Numbered from the stretch's first letter, positions 1-17,301 are shown. The stretch: DNA of 64,000 nt from Eledone cirrhosa (GCA_964016885.1 OZ024742.1:28520001-28584000); one strand, 5' to 3'. A program made the numbers and translations. Notes: generated by a model from the sequence alone, not told the origin.

Positions 1-202
1 CGGTAGAGTCAGATACTATGCTTTGCAACATAGAGTTACGTCCCTTTACATTCTGAGCTCAAATCCCGCTGAGGTTAACTTTGCCTTAGATCGTTACGGG
101 GTCAATGAAATAAAGTACTAGCAATGTACTTGGGTCGAATTAATCAACTTTCTCCTCCTTCCAAATTACTCGCCTTGTGCCTAAACTAGAAATCATTATT
201 AT
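1..202 (+). mobile_element. tRNA-derived SINE, family A (central AACTTTGCCTTTCATCC..GGGGTCGATAAA..AAGTACCAG domain, (ATT)n tail), cut by the window edge
   Basis: B-box-like GAGCTCAAATCC, then gaggttaactttgcctt...ggggtcaatgaaataaagtact, gccttgtgcctaaa and an attattatt tail. Aligns by eye to copies at 36962 and 57539. Confidence 0.8.
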
Positions 203-257
203 TCGATATAAAATTAATAAATACATTTATGTGACCGAGAAATCAAATTCTAATTTT

Positions 258-299
<42 letters not shown>

Positions 300-303
<4 letters not shown>

Positions 304-530
304 TTAGAAATTATAAGCTTTCACTGTATTTTAGACTAAAGAAATTTCTAGCCTGATAGTGGGGTTTATAACCCTCGGAGAAATGGAAAAAGATGAGTGT
401 TGCCGTACATGTTGCTCCCATGTACGGCAACACTCATCTTTTTCCATTTCTCCGAGGGTTATAAACCCCACTATCAGGCTAGAAATTTCTTTAGTCTAAA
501 ATACGGTGAAAGCTTATAATTTCTAATTTC
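300..530. repeat. Near-perfect 112-bp inverted repeat with 7-nt loop, inside an element bounded by (TA)n
   Basis: 300-411 is the reverse complement of 419-530 with one mismatch (325/505); loop TTGCTCC. (TA)n tracts at 261-297 and 583-612. Confidence 0.95.
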
Positions 531-580
531 AAACTCGCGCACCGTTTCAAAAACATACATGTTTACGTTTATAATTTGTT

Positions 581-615
<35 letters not shown>

Positions 616-639
616 TAAAATGGCTGACTGAATACAAAC

Positions 640-810
640 CTATTCTTCTCAAAAATATGCTGTTTGTGTTTTACTCTTCTCACTCTTTATCTTTGTATTT
701 TAATTTCTGATGAAGGTCTAGTGTCCAAAATGTTATGACACTTTTCCAACTATATCAAACGTGAAATTAATATATTTCTTCATTCTACTGTGTTGTTTGC
801 TTTGTTATTT
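640..810 (+). mobile_element. Short Penelope pLTR/retrozyme-like repeat with a decayed minimal hammerhead
   Basis: ttCTGATGAagg-tctagtg-tcc-AAAAtgtt at 705-734. Surrounding sequence resembles the minus-strand copy at 13800-13975, which retains tccGAAAcgtt. Confidence 0.55.
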
Positions 811-1136
811 CTGTTTAATTTTTACGTACATATATATGAGTATGTGTCAATGTATGTACTTATATATCTATTAATCACTTGCTCTGATCGATTCACAAGA
901 TTCCAGTACTCATTACATCATCGTTTAACATCCATATATATATATATATGTGTGTGTATATATATATGTGTCTTTATATGTATATATATGTGTGTGTGTA
1001 ACAATGCCAACTACAATAATATTAACAACAACAACAAACAACTATCAATACACTCTCTTCTAATTGAAGCCATTTATATAACTTTGATGGAGGAAATGAG
1101 AATCTGCAGTAAAATGAAGGAATCGTATTTAATTAT

Positions 1137-1444
1137 GTCAATGTGTGTGTATTTCTCTGTGTGAGAGTGTGTATGTGTGTGTGTGTGGTTCTCTGTGTAA
1201 GAGTGTGTATGTCTGTGTGTGTTTCTCTGTGTGAGAGTGTGTATGTGTGTGTGTGTTTCTCTGTGTAAGAGTGTGTATGTCTGTGTGTGTTTCTCTGTGT
1301 GAGAGTGTGTGTGTGTGTGTTTCTCTGTGTGACAGTGTGTATGTGTGTGTGTGCTTGTAATGGCAATGCATGTTTATATTTAAAAGAAGGGCATATATGT
1401 AATAGTGTGTTTGCACACATATATATATATAAGCACACACACAC

Positions 1445-1496
<52 letters not shown>

Positions 1497-1605
1497 TAAT
1501 ATATGTGTGTGTGCGTATATATACATGTGTGCAAACACACTATTACATATATGCCCTTCTTTTAAATATAACATGCATTGCCATTACAAGCACACACACA
1601 CATAC
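1137..1605. repeat. (GT)/(TA)/(CA) compound microsatellite with a TTTCTCTGTGTGAGAGTGTG minisatellite
   Basis: Direct inspection; accounts for the ORFs at 1133-1611. Confidence 0.9.
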
Positions 1606-1834
1606 AGGTAACGGAAGCTGTCCACTATTTCTATAGAACCCTCTGCGCAATTGAAAGAGCTAGTATTTGTGGGCACTTGCTGCTACTTATTGCACCAGAA
1701 CACCGGCCACATGTAAAATCTATGTTCTTAGTTAGCTTACCTGTGATCCCACTACATCTTTTATGTACCCATACTTTGCATTTAGGACATAAAATGGAGT
1801 TTCTACCTACGCATTTCCTACACACCGAGCACGA
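1606..1834 (-). mobile_element. RTE-clade LINE RT fragment with PHD-like Cys/His insert
   Basis: [33 protein letters not shown]...FTCGRC, then after a frameshift [13 protein letters not shown] (the FxYLG region of RT). Truncated on both sides by microsatellites. Confidence 0.8.
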
Positions 1835-1986
1835 TGTATATATATGTATGTATATATGTATGTGTGTATGTATATGTGTATATATGTATGTATATATATA
1901 TATGTATGTATGTATATATATATATGTATGTATATATATATATGTGTGTATGTATATGTGTGTGTATATATACATACATATATATA

Positions 1987-2440
1987 AAAGGCAAAGGGCT
2001 CTTAAGAGTCTATAGCCATCCAAAATCACCGGGAGAGATGACCCCTTAGCCTTTGTCAAGGCAGAATTCTAGGAGAAGGAAAACTCTGATATAACACCTG
2101 CAACCCTGATGGTATCCAATGATGTTGAATTGTTGTTCTTTTTTGGTAAATATCATCTAGGTTAAGAGAGTGGGACTGGCTTTGTGCAGTGCCTTTGCTC
2201 ACTATAAAAGCTTCACGGCACAGGCATTGCTTTATATCTGGAGTTCTCTTTACACTTGTCGTCACATGGTACCATGGGCCCAGCACTATGTGTCAATAAT
2301 TGTCACAGGTGTAGTGTTTGTACCAGACATTTCAAGTCGCTGGCTGGACTAAAAAGTCACATTCGTTCAGCGCATTGGTAGGGGTTCTCCTACATGGATA
2401 TAAAGTAGTGGCCGTACTCGAAAACGAGTTGGCAGCCAGC
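1987..2440 (+). mobile_element. Non-autonomous bipartite RTE derivative (5'UTR-like part, C-terminal zinc finger, 3' stem-loop)
   Basis: CTAGGAGAAGGAAAACTCTGAT RTE 5'UTR-like motif near 2069-2090. 2310-2381 encodes [23 protein letters not shown]. Hairpin ACTCG-AAAA-CGAGT at 2416-2429, then (TA)n. Confidence 0.6.
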
Positions 2441-2917
2441 ATATATATATATATATATATATGTGTATACATATATATATATATATATATGTATACATAT
2501 ATATATATATATATATATGTATACATATATATATAAATATATATGTATACATATATATATATATATATATGTATACATATATATATATATATATATATGT
2601 ATACATATATATATAAATATATATGTATACATATATATATATATATATGTATACATACATATATATATATATATGTATACATATATATATATATATATAT
2701 ATGTATACATATATATATAAATATATATGTATACATATATATATATATATATATGTATACATATATATATATATATATATATATGTATACATATATATAT
2801 ATATATATATATGTATACATATATATATAAATATATATGTATACATATATATATATATATATATATGTATACATACATATATATATATATATATATGTAT
2901 ACATATATATATATATT

Positions 2918-2948
<31 letters not shown>

Positions 2949-2999
2949 GTATACATACATATATATATATATATATATGTATACATATATATATATATT

Positions 3000-3030
<31 letters not shown>

Positions 3031-3081
3031 GTATACATATATATATATATATATATATATGTATACATATATATATATATT

Positions 3082-3112
<31 letters not shown>

Positions 3113-3172
3113 GTATACATATATATATATATATATATGTATACATATATATATATATATATATGTATACAT
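2441..3172. repeat. (TA)n array punctuated by TGTATACA
   Basis: Direct inspection; same punctuation as the array starting at 8754. Confidence 0.95.
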
Positions 3173-3226
3173 ATAAAATATTAAACAAATAATGAACAAA
3201 CAATTCCTTATATTAAACAAAAAAAG

Positions 3227-3381
3227 TTCACTATTTAACGATCGTTTCTAGGGCATATATGTGCTATAATTGGTATGCATATTTAACAGATCTATGTACA
3301 AAATTATACAAAATTATACAAATTATCAAGATTAAATATACATACCTAACTCATATATACGCCGTCTTCAGAAATAATGAA
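3227..3381 (-). ncRNA. Type I hammerhead ribozyme (predicted) with long loop II
   Basis: Minus strand: stem I ttcattattt/aaatagtgaa (10 bp, one G-U); core CUGAAGA (3371-3365); stem II ggcgtatat/atatatgcc; GAAA (3248-3245); minimal stem III with palindromic cgatcg; GUU site with predicted cleavage after 3237. Confidence 0.7.
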
Positions 3382-3959
3382 GTATATTTATTGATAATAA
3401 CAACAATTCAAAATATCAGTTCAAAATTGACCAATGAAAACACAAAGGGTTAAAAAGCAGTTTGGTGTGTGTATATACATGTAAAACCCTACACACATTT
3501 TACAATAATGTGTGTATAATATGTATGTGCATACTAAAAAGATGGATGCAAATAAAAAATTTCAAGGTTAATATCTCTGTAAGCTTAATGCGCTGATAAG
3601 ATACGCAATGATACTTATGTAGTCAAGCATATAAATATATTTTTTTCATACTCACACATATCAGTATAATCACACATACATGTGCGTATATATATAAATA
3701 TACACATAACCACGAACACACAAACACACACACACCCCCCACTCACATTTATATATGTGGATATAAAATCATAAGCAAATAGAAATTAAGTCACTCACAT
3801 AAACACACTGGTACACACATTTCAAGATCAAGATACAGAAATTAGGTGGGAGGGGGGGGGAGGGGTCAGTATTAGGTTGTCAGACCAGACAGCCTAATAT
3901 AAATGTATCTATAAATTATGAAAAATAAAAAAATAAAAACAATAAAATATATTACATAA

Positions 3960-4148
3960 TATAATGTACATACGCATACAGATATACATACACATACGTA
4001 CATGTACGCGCACATAGAGATATCTACACATACATACATACACACATACCTATACTGTCATACACACACATACATTTACACGAACATACACATACACATA
4101 TAAAAAGATAAAAATACGGACACACACACGCGCAACACATACACACAT

Positions 4149-4193
<45 letters not shown>

Positions 4194-4303
4194 TATACAC
4201 ACACACACATAGACTCATATATATATACATACACATACATATACTTATACATAAACATATATATCCCACACTCATACCACCATGAAAACACATACAAACA
4301 TCC

Positions 4304-4351
<48 letters not shown>

Positions 4352-4576
4352 ATACACACACGTACACATATATGCATATATACATACACACATACACACA
4401 TACACATATATATATATATATACACACACACATAAAATACAGACATGCACATATATATATATATATATATATATATACATTTCATTACCCTTATATATAC
4501 ACATAGTATATATACATACACAACCTCACTTATACACATATACACATAAGTTATATTACAATAATAATAAAGAATA

Positions 4577-4607
<31 letters not shown>

Positions 4608-4746
4608 TATACACACATATACACATATACATACATACACATACATATACATACATACATACACATACATACATACACCTAAATATAAACATATATAAAT
4701 ACACACATACGAATAAAGACATATATTCACACATAGACACCTATAT

Positions 4747-4792
<46 letters not shown>

Positions 4793-5400
4793 ATATACAC
4801 ACACATACACATACATACACATATATATATATATACACATATATACACACGCACACACATACAGACACACATACACACTCACATATATATATATATATAT
4901 ATATATATGTGTATGTGAGTGTGCGCAAATACATACATATATATACACACACACATACAAACACACACAAACACATACATATGCATACATGCACACACAC
5001 ACACATATATATCACATAGATACGAAGATAAACATATAAATAGAGAGACATACAAATATATACAGAACCCATATACACATACATGCAAACACGCATATAC
5101 ATATATACATATATACACACATATATATTCCTATATACAAGCATACACATACGCACACATATATACATATACCTACACATATATATACCACACATTCACA
5201 TACACGTACATATATAATACATATATATACATACATATACATACATATGTATGTACAATCATATATACACACTCAATCTTACATTCATATTTACATGCTC
5301 ATATATGTATTTTTATATCTAGAAATAAATACCAAAAAAACTATATAGACACCCATCTACCCATATATTCATACATATACACTTACAAAAACAGATGATA
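3960..5400. repeat. Degenerate (AC)/(AT) low-complexity tract within the putative Penelope 3' region
   Basis: Direct inspection. Confidence 0.85.
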
Positions 5401-6601
5401 ATAGTATGGGGGAAAGGGGGGGTTTGGAGAAGGGGATCAAAGTAAATATATGTTTCAAGAAACCTATAATATTTTCCATATCTTAATTCAATGTATGTTC
5501 TTACATATTTTCAATGCTAGGAAATACGAAATCTATGCATCACAAAATAAAAAAGTATACCATTAATCATATGTCAACTAAACCAAAGATAGTCAACATA
5601 TTGATTTCCAAGGTGTAAATTAGTTAGGTTTATAATATTTGAAGCAGAATTATGAAGTCAAACAGTAGTAGATTATTAATTACATTATAACTAAATTAAA
5701 GTTAATAATAGGGAAAAGAAACCCAAATAAAAATAAAATAAAGTATTACATCGGTAGTAGCATATAAATTATATGTTAACTAAGTTAAAAATTATATATT
5801 TATTTCAATAGTATATGTTAATTAGTATATGTTAATTAGGTATACAATACATAAAGCAGATATTGTATTTCATCAATAGCATAATATAATTATATGCAAA
5901 TAAAAATCAAAATTAATACGCATACACATACATATACATACACATACACATACATATACATATACATACACATATATATATATATATATACATATATATA
6001 CACACATACATACATATATAGTCACATAAATATACATACAGATACACATACAATACACACATATACATATACATATAGATATACATATCTTTTCCAAAAA
6101 ATTTGCACAGAATATATTAACTAGGTATATATCCAAAAACACCTCCCATTCTATGATTACATGAAATTCTGCAATTCGTCTGTACAAGGATACTAATTTT
6201 AAGCAAATTAAAATTAAAATTAAAGTTTTAGGTTGATTAAAGCTAAAACCAAATAATAAATATATTTCCAAAATGTATATTAATTAGGTCAATAATACTA
6301 AAAATTCTTTCTCCGTCATAGGATACATGATATTATTTTGTTATATTTTATCTGTAAAAGAATTATAATAAAAAAAAATTTTATAATAAAAGGTTAAACT
6401 AAATTAAAAAATTATAATAAAAGGTTAAAATAAGTTAAAATTAATCTATAAATTAAATTACTGAATATATATTAGTAATATTTAAAGGTTTTTCAAAATT
6501 AATGATTACATAATATTTTCTCATCTGTAATAAAATATTAATTAAATTAAATTTATAGGTTAACTAACATTTAAATTAAATTAAATTCTAGAATAATGTT
6601 A

Positions 6602-12000
<5,399 letters not shown>

Positions 12001-12217
12001 ATGCATACAGACACATACATACATATATTTATATATATATATACATAATTTACATACATAATGTACATATCTATATACACATACATATCTATCTATCTTG
12101 CAAGCAGGGAAAAGCGGAAGTAAAATGATGATGATATATATATATATATACATAATTTACTTATCTCTCTCTCTCTCTATATATATATATATACATAATT
12201 TACATATCTATATTATA

Positions 12218-12262
<45 letters not shown>

Positions 12263-12639
12263 TGATGATATATATATATATTTATATATATACATAATTA
12301 ACATATCTATATATATATATATACACTCACACACACACATATATATATATATATACATACATGTACGTCACTGCAGGAGTGTATGTATATATATACACAT
12401 ATATGTCAATGCATGCATGTGTGTGTAAGTAATGCCAACAGATTTATGGCATTAGGGAGAGGGAACTATGTTAGTTGAAGATTGGAAGATTTAAGGCATC
12501 CTGTATTCACACCAAATATGCTCCAGAAGGAAAATGAAATTCTCCATAAAGTCATCAATTATGGTGGCAAAGAATTTGGCATTGCTAAACTAATAATAAT
12601 AGTAATGCTTTCTGATTTAGGCACAAGGCCAACAATGTT

Positions 12640-12966
12640 TGGCTTAGTGGTTAGAGCATTGGCCTTGCAATCGAAAGGTTGTGAGTTCAATTCACAGACC
12701 GGGTGATGTGTTGTTTCCTTGAGCAAAACACTTTATTTCACATTGCTCCAGTTTACTCAGCTGTAGAAATGAGATGATAGGGACTGGGTCCCTATCATTC
12801 CACTGCAAGGTGGTCGTGGAGGTGCCATGGCAAAAAAGCACCCAGCACTCACTGTAAATAAGGTTGGTGTTAGGAAGGGCATCCAGCTGTAGAAATCAAG
12901 CCAGAATCAGTTCCTGTCCCACCCTTGCAAGCAGGGAAAAGCGGACGTAAAATGAAATGTTGATGA
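12640..12966 (+). mobile_element. tRNA-CORE SINE with RTE-derived tail (family B)
   Basis: A box TGGCTTAGTGG, B box GAGTTCAATTC, CORE-like ttccttgagcaaaacacttt...ctcagctgtagaaatgag, AGGAAGGGCATCCAGC, cggacgtaaaatga tail. Near-identical to 38951-39298. Confidence 0.85.
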
Positions 12967-13054
12967 TTACTGGTACTTTATTTTATCGACCCTGTAAGGA
13001 TTAAAAGCAAAGTTAACCTCGGCGGTGGCAAAGAATTTGGCATTGCCAAATTAA

Positions 13055-13275
13055 TAATAATAGTAATGGTTTCTGATTTAGGCACAAGGCCAATAATGTT
13101 TAGAGAGGGGAAAGTTAATTAATCCTCCCCCAGTGCATTACTGGTGCTTTATTTTATCGACCCCGTAAGAATGAAAGGCAAAGTTAACCTCGATGGGATT
13201 TGAACTCAGAACATAACAGACTGTAACTCTGTGTCGTGAAGTATAGTGTCCGACACTCTACCAATATAGCTAATA
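13055..13275 (-). mobile_element. SINE family A copy
   Basis: ggcacaaggcc...ttttatcgaccccgtaagaatgaaaggcaaagttaacctcg...tttgaactcaga. Confidence 0.8.
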
Positions 13276-13586
13276 ATGATAATGGTTTCTGATTTAGGCC
13301 TGTGGGGGACGGGAAAGTCTATCAAAACACCCCAGGGCATTACGAGTGATTTATTTATTGACTTCATAATGATGAAAGGCAAAGCTAACTTTGGCAGTAT
13401 TGCAACACTGACTTCGACACTTTTAAATCTATTTACACCCGCACACTACAGCCGTAACAATGGAATATAACCGAAATGAAACAGACCTCGTAACAGCACC
13501 CAGTGCGTTGAACGGCATGCCACTTGTAACTGTTGTTACAAACTTAACACACACACACATATATATATATATACATATATATATAT

Positions 13587-13694
13587 GAAAAAGTATGACC
13601 CCGACGGCAGAGCTTAAGCCATTTTGACGGCTATTTGTGTCCAGAAATAGCTGTCGAAACGGCTTGAGTTCTGCCGTCAGGGTCATACTTTTTC
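13587..13694. repeat. 108-nt fold-back (~50-bp imperfect inverted repeat)
   Basis: gaaaaagtatgacc...ctattt pairs with aaatag...ggtcatactttttc; six transition differences between the arms. Confidence 0.9.
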
Positions 13695-13799
13695 CTATTC
13701 CCACTCTACTACCCTAAGTATTGAGTACTCTGTTGCGTTATGGTCCATCTGGTTCCTTACCACACTTCCTTCATTTTATATATATATATATTTGTGTGT

Positions 13800-13975
13800 G
13801 TGTGTTTATGTATGCGAAAAGTAAATGGAACAACACAACACTCGAAATACTATGAAGATATATATTAACTTTGCTTAATGTAGTAGGAAAACTCTAAACG
13901 TTTCGGATGCAAGTCCTTCATCAGAAAATAGAATGAGAGGTTAAAGAAGAAATAGAAAGATAGAGGAGAGTGAGT
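13800..13975 (-). mobile_element. Short Penelope pLTR/retrozyme-like repeat with a minimal hammerhead core
   Basis: Minus strand 13924-13897: CTGATGA-a-GGA-cttgca-TCC-GAAA-cg-TT. Stem I is weak. Confidence 0.65.
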
Positions 13976-14799
13976 TAAAAACTGAAGTTCAATAAATTGT
14001 TAACATCCTGTACCATATGACACATTAGCATCACAATATTTATTAATGTACCTAACTTTAATTTATGACAAGATTTTGCAACAATCTTTTTACTACTAAA
14101 GATACTGAAAATATTTGAATGAACAAAACAATTTTTAGATATTTTCTGCTGAATTATTTCAGGATGTCGAGAGTTAAAGTAATGATTCATGGTTATAACA
14201 AACACACACACACACATACAACCAAACATACATACATACACATTATACACACACACATACATACATACACACACACATACACATACATATATATATACAA
14301 ACACATATTTACATACACATATACATACAAACAAACATACATACACACACAAATATACACACACACGCACATACATACATACACACACTTATAGACATAC
14401 ACAGGCATACACACACACATATACAACCACACTCACGTACACACACATACCCATACATACAAACACTCACTTATCAGTTCTTACATCTCTCCACCATCCT
14501 CAATACAAATAAAAACTAAAAATAAAAAGACCTTGTTTAAAATGGTAGAAATTCCCCTCTTTTATGTTGTACAGAATCTTATTCAATTTCGCAAATATTT
14601 TATTAAGTAATTCATATCAATTAATATATAATATGACGTTACAATACATCCTTGAGCTAACAAGATAAAGTATCATAACTATTATCTAATTCAGCCTTTT
14701 TATAAACATACAAAACTACACATGATGTTGTATAGAGATCATTATTACCTCCCCTTTCGTTTTTTATAGCATTAAAATGATTAAGGTACAATACTTGCT

Positions 14800-15200
14800 C
14801 CATTAGAACCTGGATGTTATAATGATAATGGACGATTTATCACAAGTAATAAAAGCCCTAAACAGCATAAAAATTCTGTGGCATGGACAAGATAAACAGA
14901 CATAGCTGAATATCTTTAAAGTCTGTATCTTCCCAATAGCAATATATACATAGGAGGAGACTTAAATATTACAAAAAGATAAGAATATGAACAAAAAAAA
15001 TAATAATAAAAAAATCATTGTTTTTGTAAAAGTGGTATAGAAGAACTTTGGAAGGCCTCTGGATAATTTGACATATAAATGCTAAAGGAGAAGAGATGTA
15101 ATTGGCTATTACGGTATGGAATTGAAAGAGAATCCATGATTAGCATATTGCTAGTAAAAAAAGGAAGAGTAAGTCCAAGACAGAGATGGGAATGGCCCAA
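14800..15200 (+). pseudogene. Highly degraded RTE-like LINE relic
   Basis: LNIFKVCIFPIAIY near 14906-14947 and KKGRVSPRQRWE near 15157-15192 echo the RTE C-terminus; many stops. Confidence 0.35.
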
Positions 15201-15304
15201 AGACAGGAGCTTAGGGTTCAAAGGAGAAAGCCTGAATGATTATATAAAAGACAAAATGGTATGATGCTACTTTGATAGAAGCTACACTTTGAAGGGAGTA
15301 AACT

Positions 15305-16235
15305 ATGGTGATGATGATAATGATGATAATGGTAATGATAATGGTGATGATGATAATGATGGTGATGATGATAATGATGGTGATGATGATAATGATGGTG
15401 ATGATAATGATGGTGAAGATGATGTCAATGAATGATGATGATGATATGATGGTGATGGTGATGATGATGGAGATGGTGATAATGATGGTGATGATGATGG
15501 TGGTGATGGTAATAATTATAATGACTAGCAGAAAAACCACCCTTCGGGTGGTTTTCTGTTAGCATGCGTAGTGTGTATATTGATATTATACGCAGGTATT
15601 ATACATGTAGATATGATACATCAAATAAAATTGTAATTGAAATATACAGAGAAATTGAACGAAGACTACGTTACACTGTCTTATGTAATCAGTAACGTAA
15701 TCCATGGTACATTAAAAAAAGACGATATTATATATAAACTGCATTAGGAGAAAATTAGAGACAGAAAATTAGTATGTTTATTTAAGTGATCGCCACCGGA
15801 AGTGTTGACATCACACACTCTCTCTTTCTATATATATGGTAGTTGAAGTGGTGGTGGTGGTGGGGATGATATACCAGAAGTGCAACTTTGAAAAGAAGTC
15901 AATTTTAAATTATTTATTTTTACGAAATTATTTTTGTTTACAAAATTTAGTAGATAAATTATGTAATATTGATTGATTATTTATTCAAAGTAATCCAACT
16001 TATTTTACTAACGGGATAAAAAATGATAAACCGTACGCAGTCCCGCAGACCTTCCTTTATTATAGTTTAGATGGTGATGATGATAATGATGGTGATGATG
16101 ATGATGGTGGTGATGATGGTGATGGTGGTGGTGATGATGATGGTGATGATATTATGGTGGTGGTGATGATGATGATGGTGATCATGATGGTGATGATGAT
16201 AATGATGATGATGATATGATGGTGATGATGATGGA
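15305..16235. repeat. (GAT/GGT)n microsatellite split by a Helitron
   Basis: Tracts at 15305-15524 and 16072-16235. Confidence 0.9.
15525..16071 (-). mobile_element. Complete non-autonomous Helitron (547 bp)
   Basis: Minus strand starts a|TCTAAACTATAATAAA and ends with hairpin ACCACCC-GAA-GGGTGGT, then tttctgCTAG|t. Inserted between A and T with no TSD; removal restores ataatgatggtgatga. Confidence 0.9.
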
Positions 16236-16776
16236 ATTTTGTTTATGTTTAAATCCAAGACATAATTGTGTGTAGGCCTTGTGCTTTTATGTATGTGTAC
16301 ATGGGTGTCTATGTTTGTCCTAATAACACAATAAAATGCACCCAGTGTACTCTGTAAAGATGTTAGAGATAGGAAGGACGTCCAGCCATCCAAAACTTAC
16401 CAAAGAACAAAGAAGACTCCTCAGTTATGGAGACAGGACAACCTCTCAAGTACTGGTGTCATGATAAAATGTGTAGAACACTCTGTAGAGAGAAAGCTCA
16501 GTGGCTCCAATTGAGTACTGACTTGATCTCTGATGACTCATCCAAAGCTTGCTAACAGGGAAAACAGATGGTGATGATGATGATGTCTGTGTTTGTACAC
16601 ATGGAAATAGCTCTCTACTGTTTTACTTCCACATATAACTGGAAATAACATCCACTTTGATAAAACAAGAGAAAACATTCTTCAGTATTGTGGGCAGCAG
16701 CAAATGAATGAAAACATTCACCAAATAAACAGTGTTTCAATTACAGAGAGAAGAACCTCTCTGGGGCTACTGGAGT

Positions 16777-16824
16777 ATGTCAGGCAGGCTCAATGTCAGG
16801 CAGGCTCAATGTCAGGCAGGCTCA
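16777..16824. repeat. 3 x 16-bp perfect tandem ATGTCAGGCAGGCTCA
   Basis: Direct inspection. Confidence 0.9.
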
Positions 16825-17054
16825 ATATGATATCTTGATCTGCTAGAAATAGCCAAGTTTCCTTGAAAACTATATATATCCATTTCAGGATACTATTGTA
16901 AATGACACTCTATCTAAGCCCCTCTGTTATGTATTTCCTTGTGGTTAGTTAAATGATGTGTGTGTTTGTGTGAAAAAGAGAGAGTTCTGGGTTCAATCGG
17001 GGTTAACCACAGTAAGTAAAGTATTCAATACATTAGTAGAGTGTAAACAACATG

Positions 17055-17189
17055 TTCTACAGGACTAGAACTGTTTCATTCAAAAGAAATCTTCAGGAAA
17101 GTTGGCTTTCTTGATGATTTTTATATTAAATAAGAAAGCCAACTTTCCTGATGATTTATTTTGAATGAAACAGTTCTAGTCCTGTAGAA
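17055..17189. repeat. 58-bp inverted repeat, each arm with a hammerhead-like core
   Basis: 17055-17112 vs 17132-17189 with 2 mismatches. Right arm reads CTGATGA...GAAACAGTT; left arm (minus) reads CTGAAGA...GAAACAGTT. Confidence 0.85.
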
Positions 17190-17223
17190 GTCATTTCTAT
17201 ATTAAACATAATATATATATACT

Positions 17224-17274
<51 letters not shown>

Positions 17275-17301
17275 GTGTGTGTGTTTATATATATATATAT
17301 A

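Noticed and set aside
353-385. Hammerhead core within the 112-bp palindrome (CTGATAG...GAAA)
   Set aside because: Core deviates from CUGANGA, and stems I and III do not form.
15535-15560. Hairpin plus T-run resembling a rho-independent terminator
   Set aside because: Better explained as the Helitron 3' hairpin on the minus strand.
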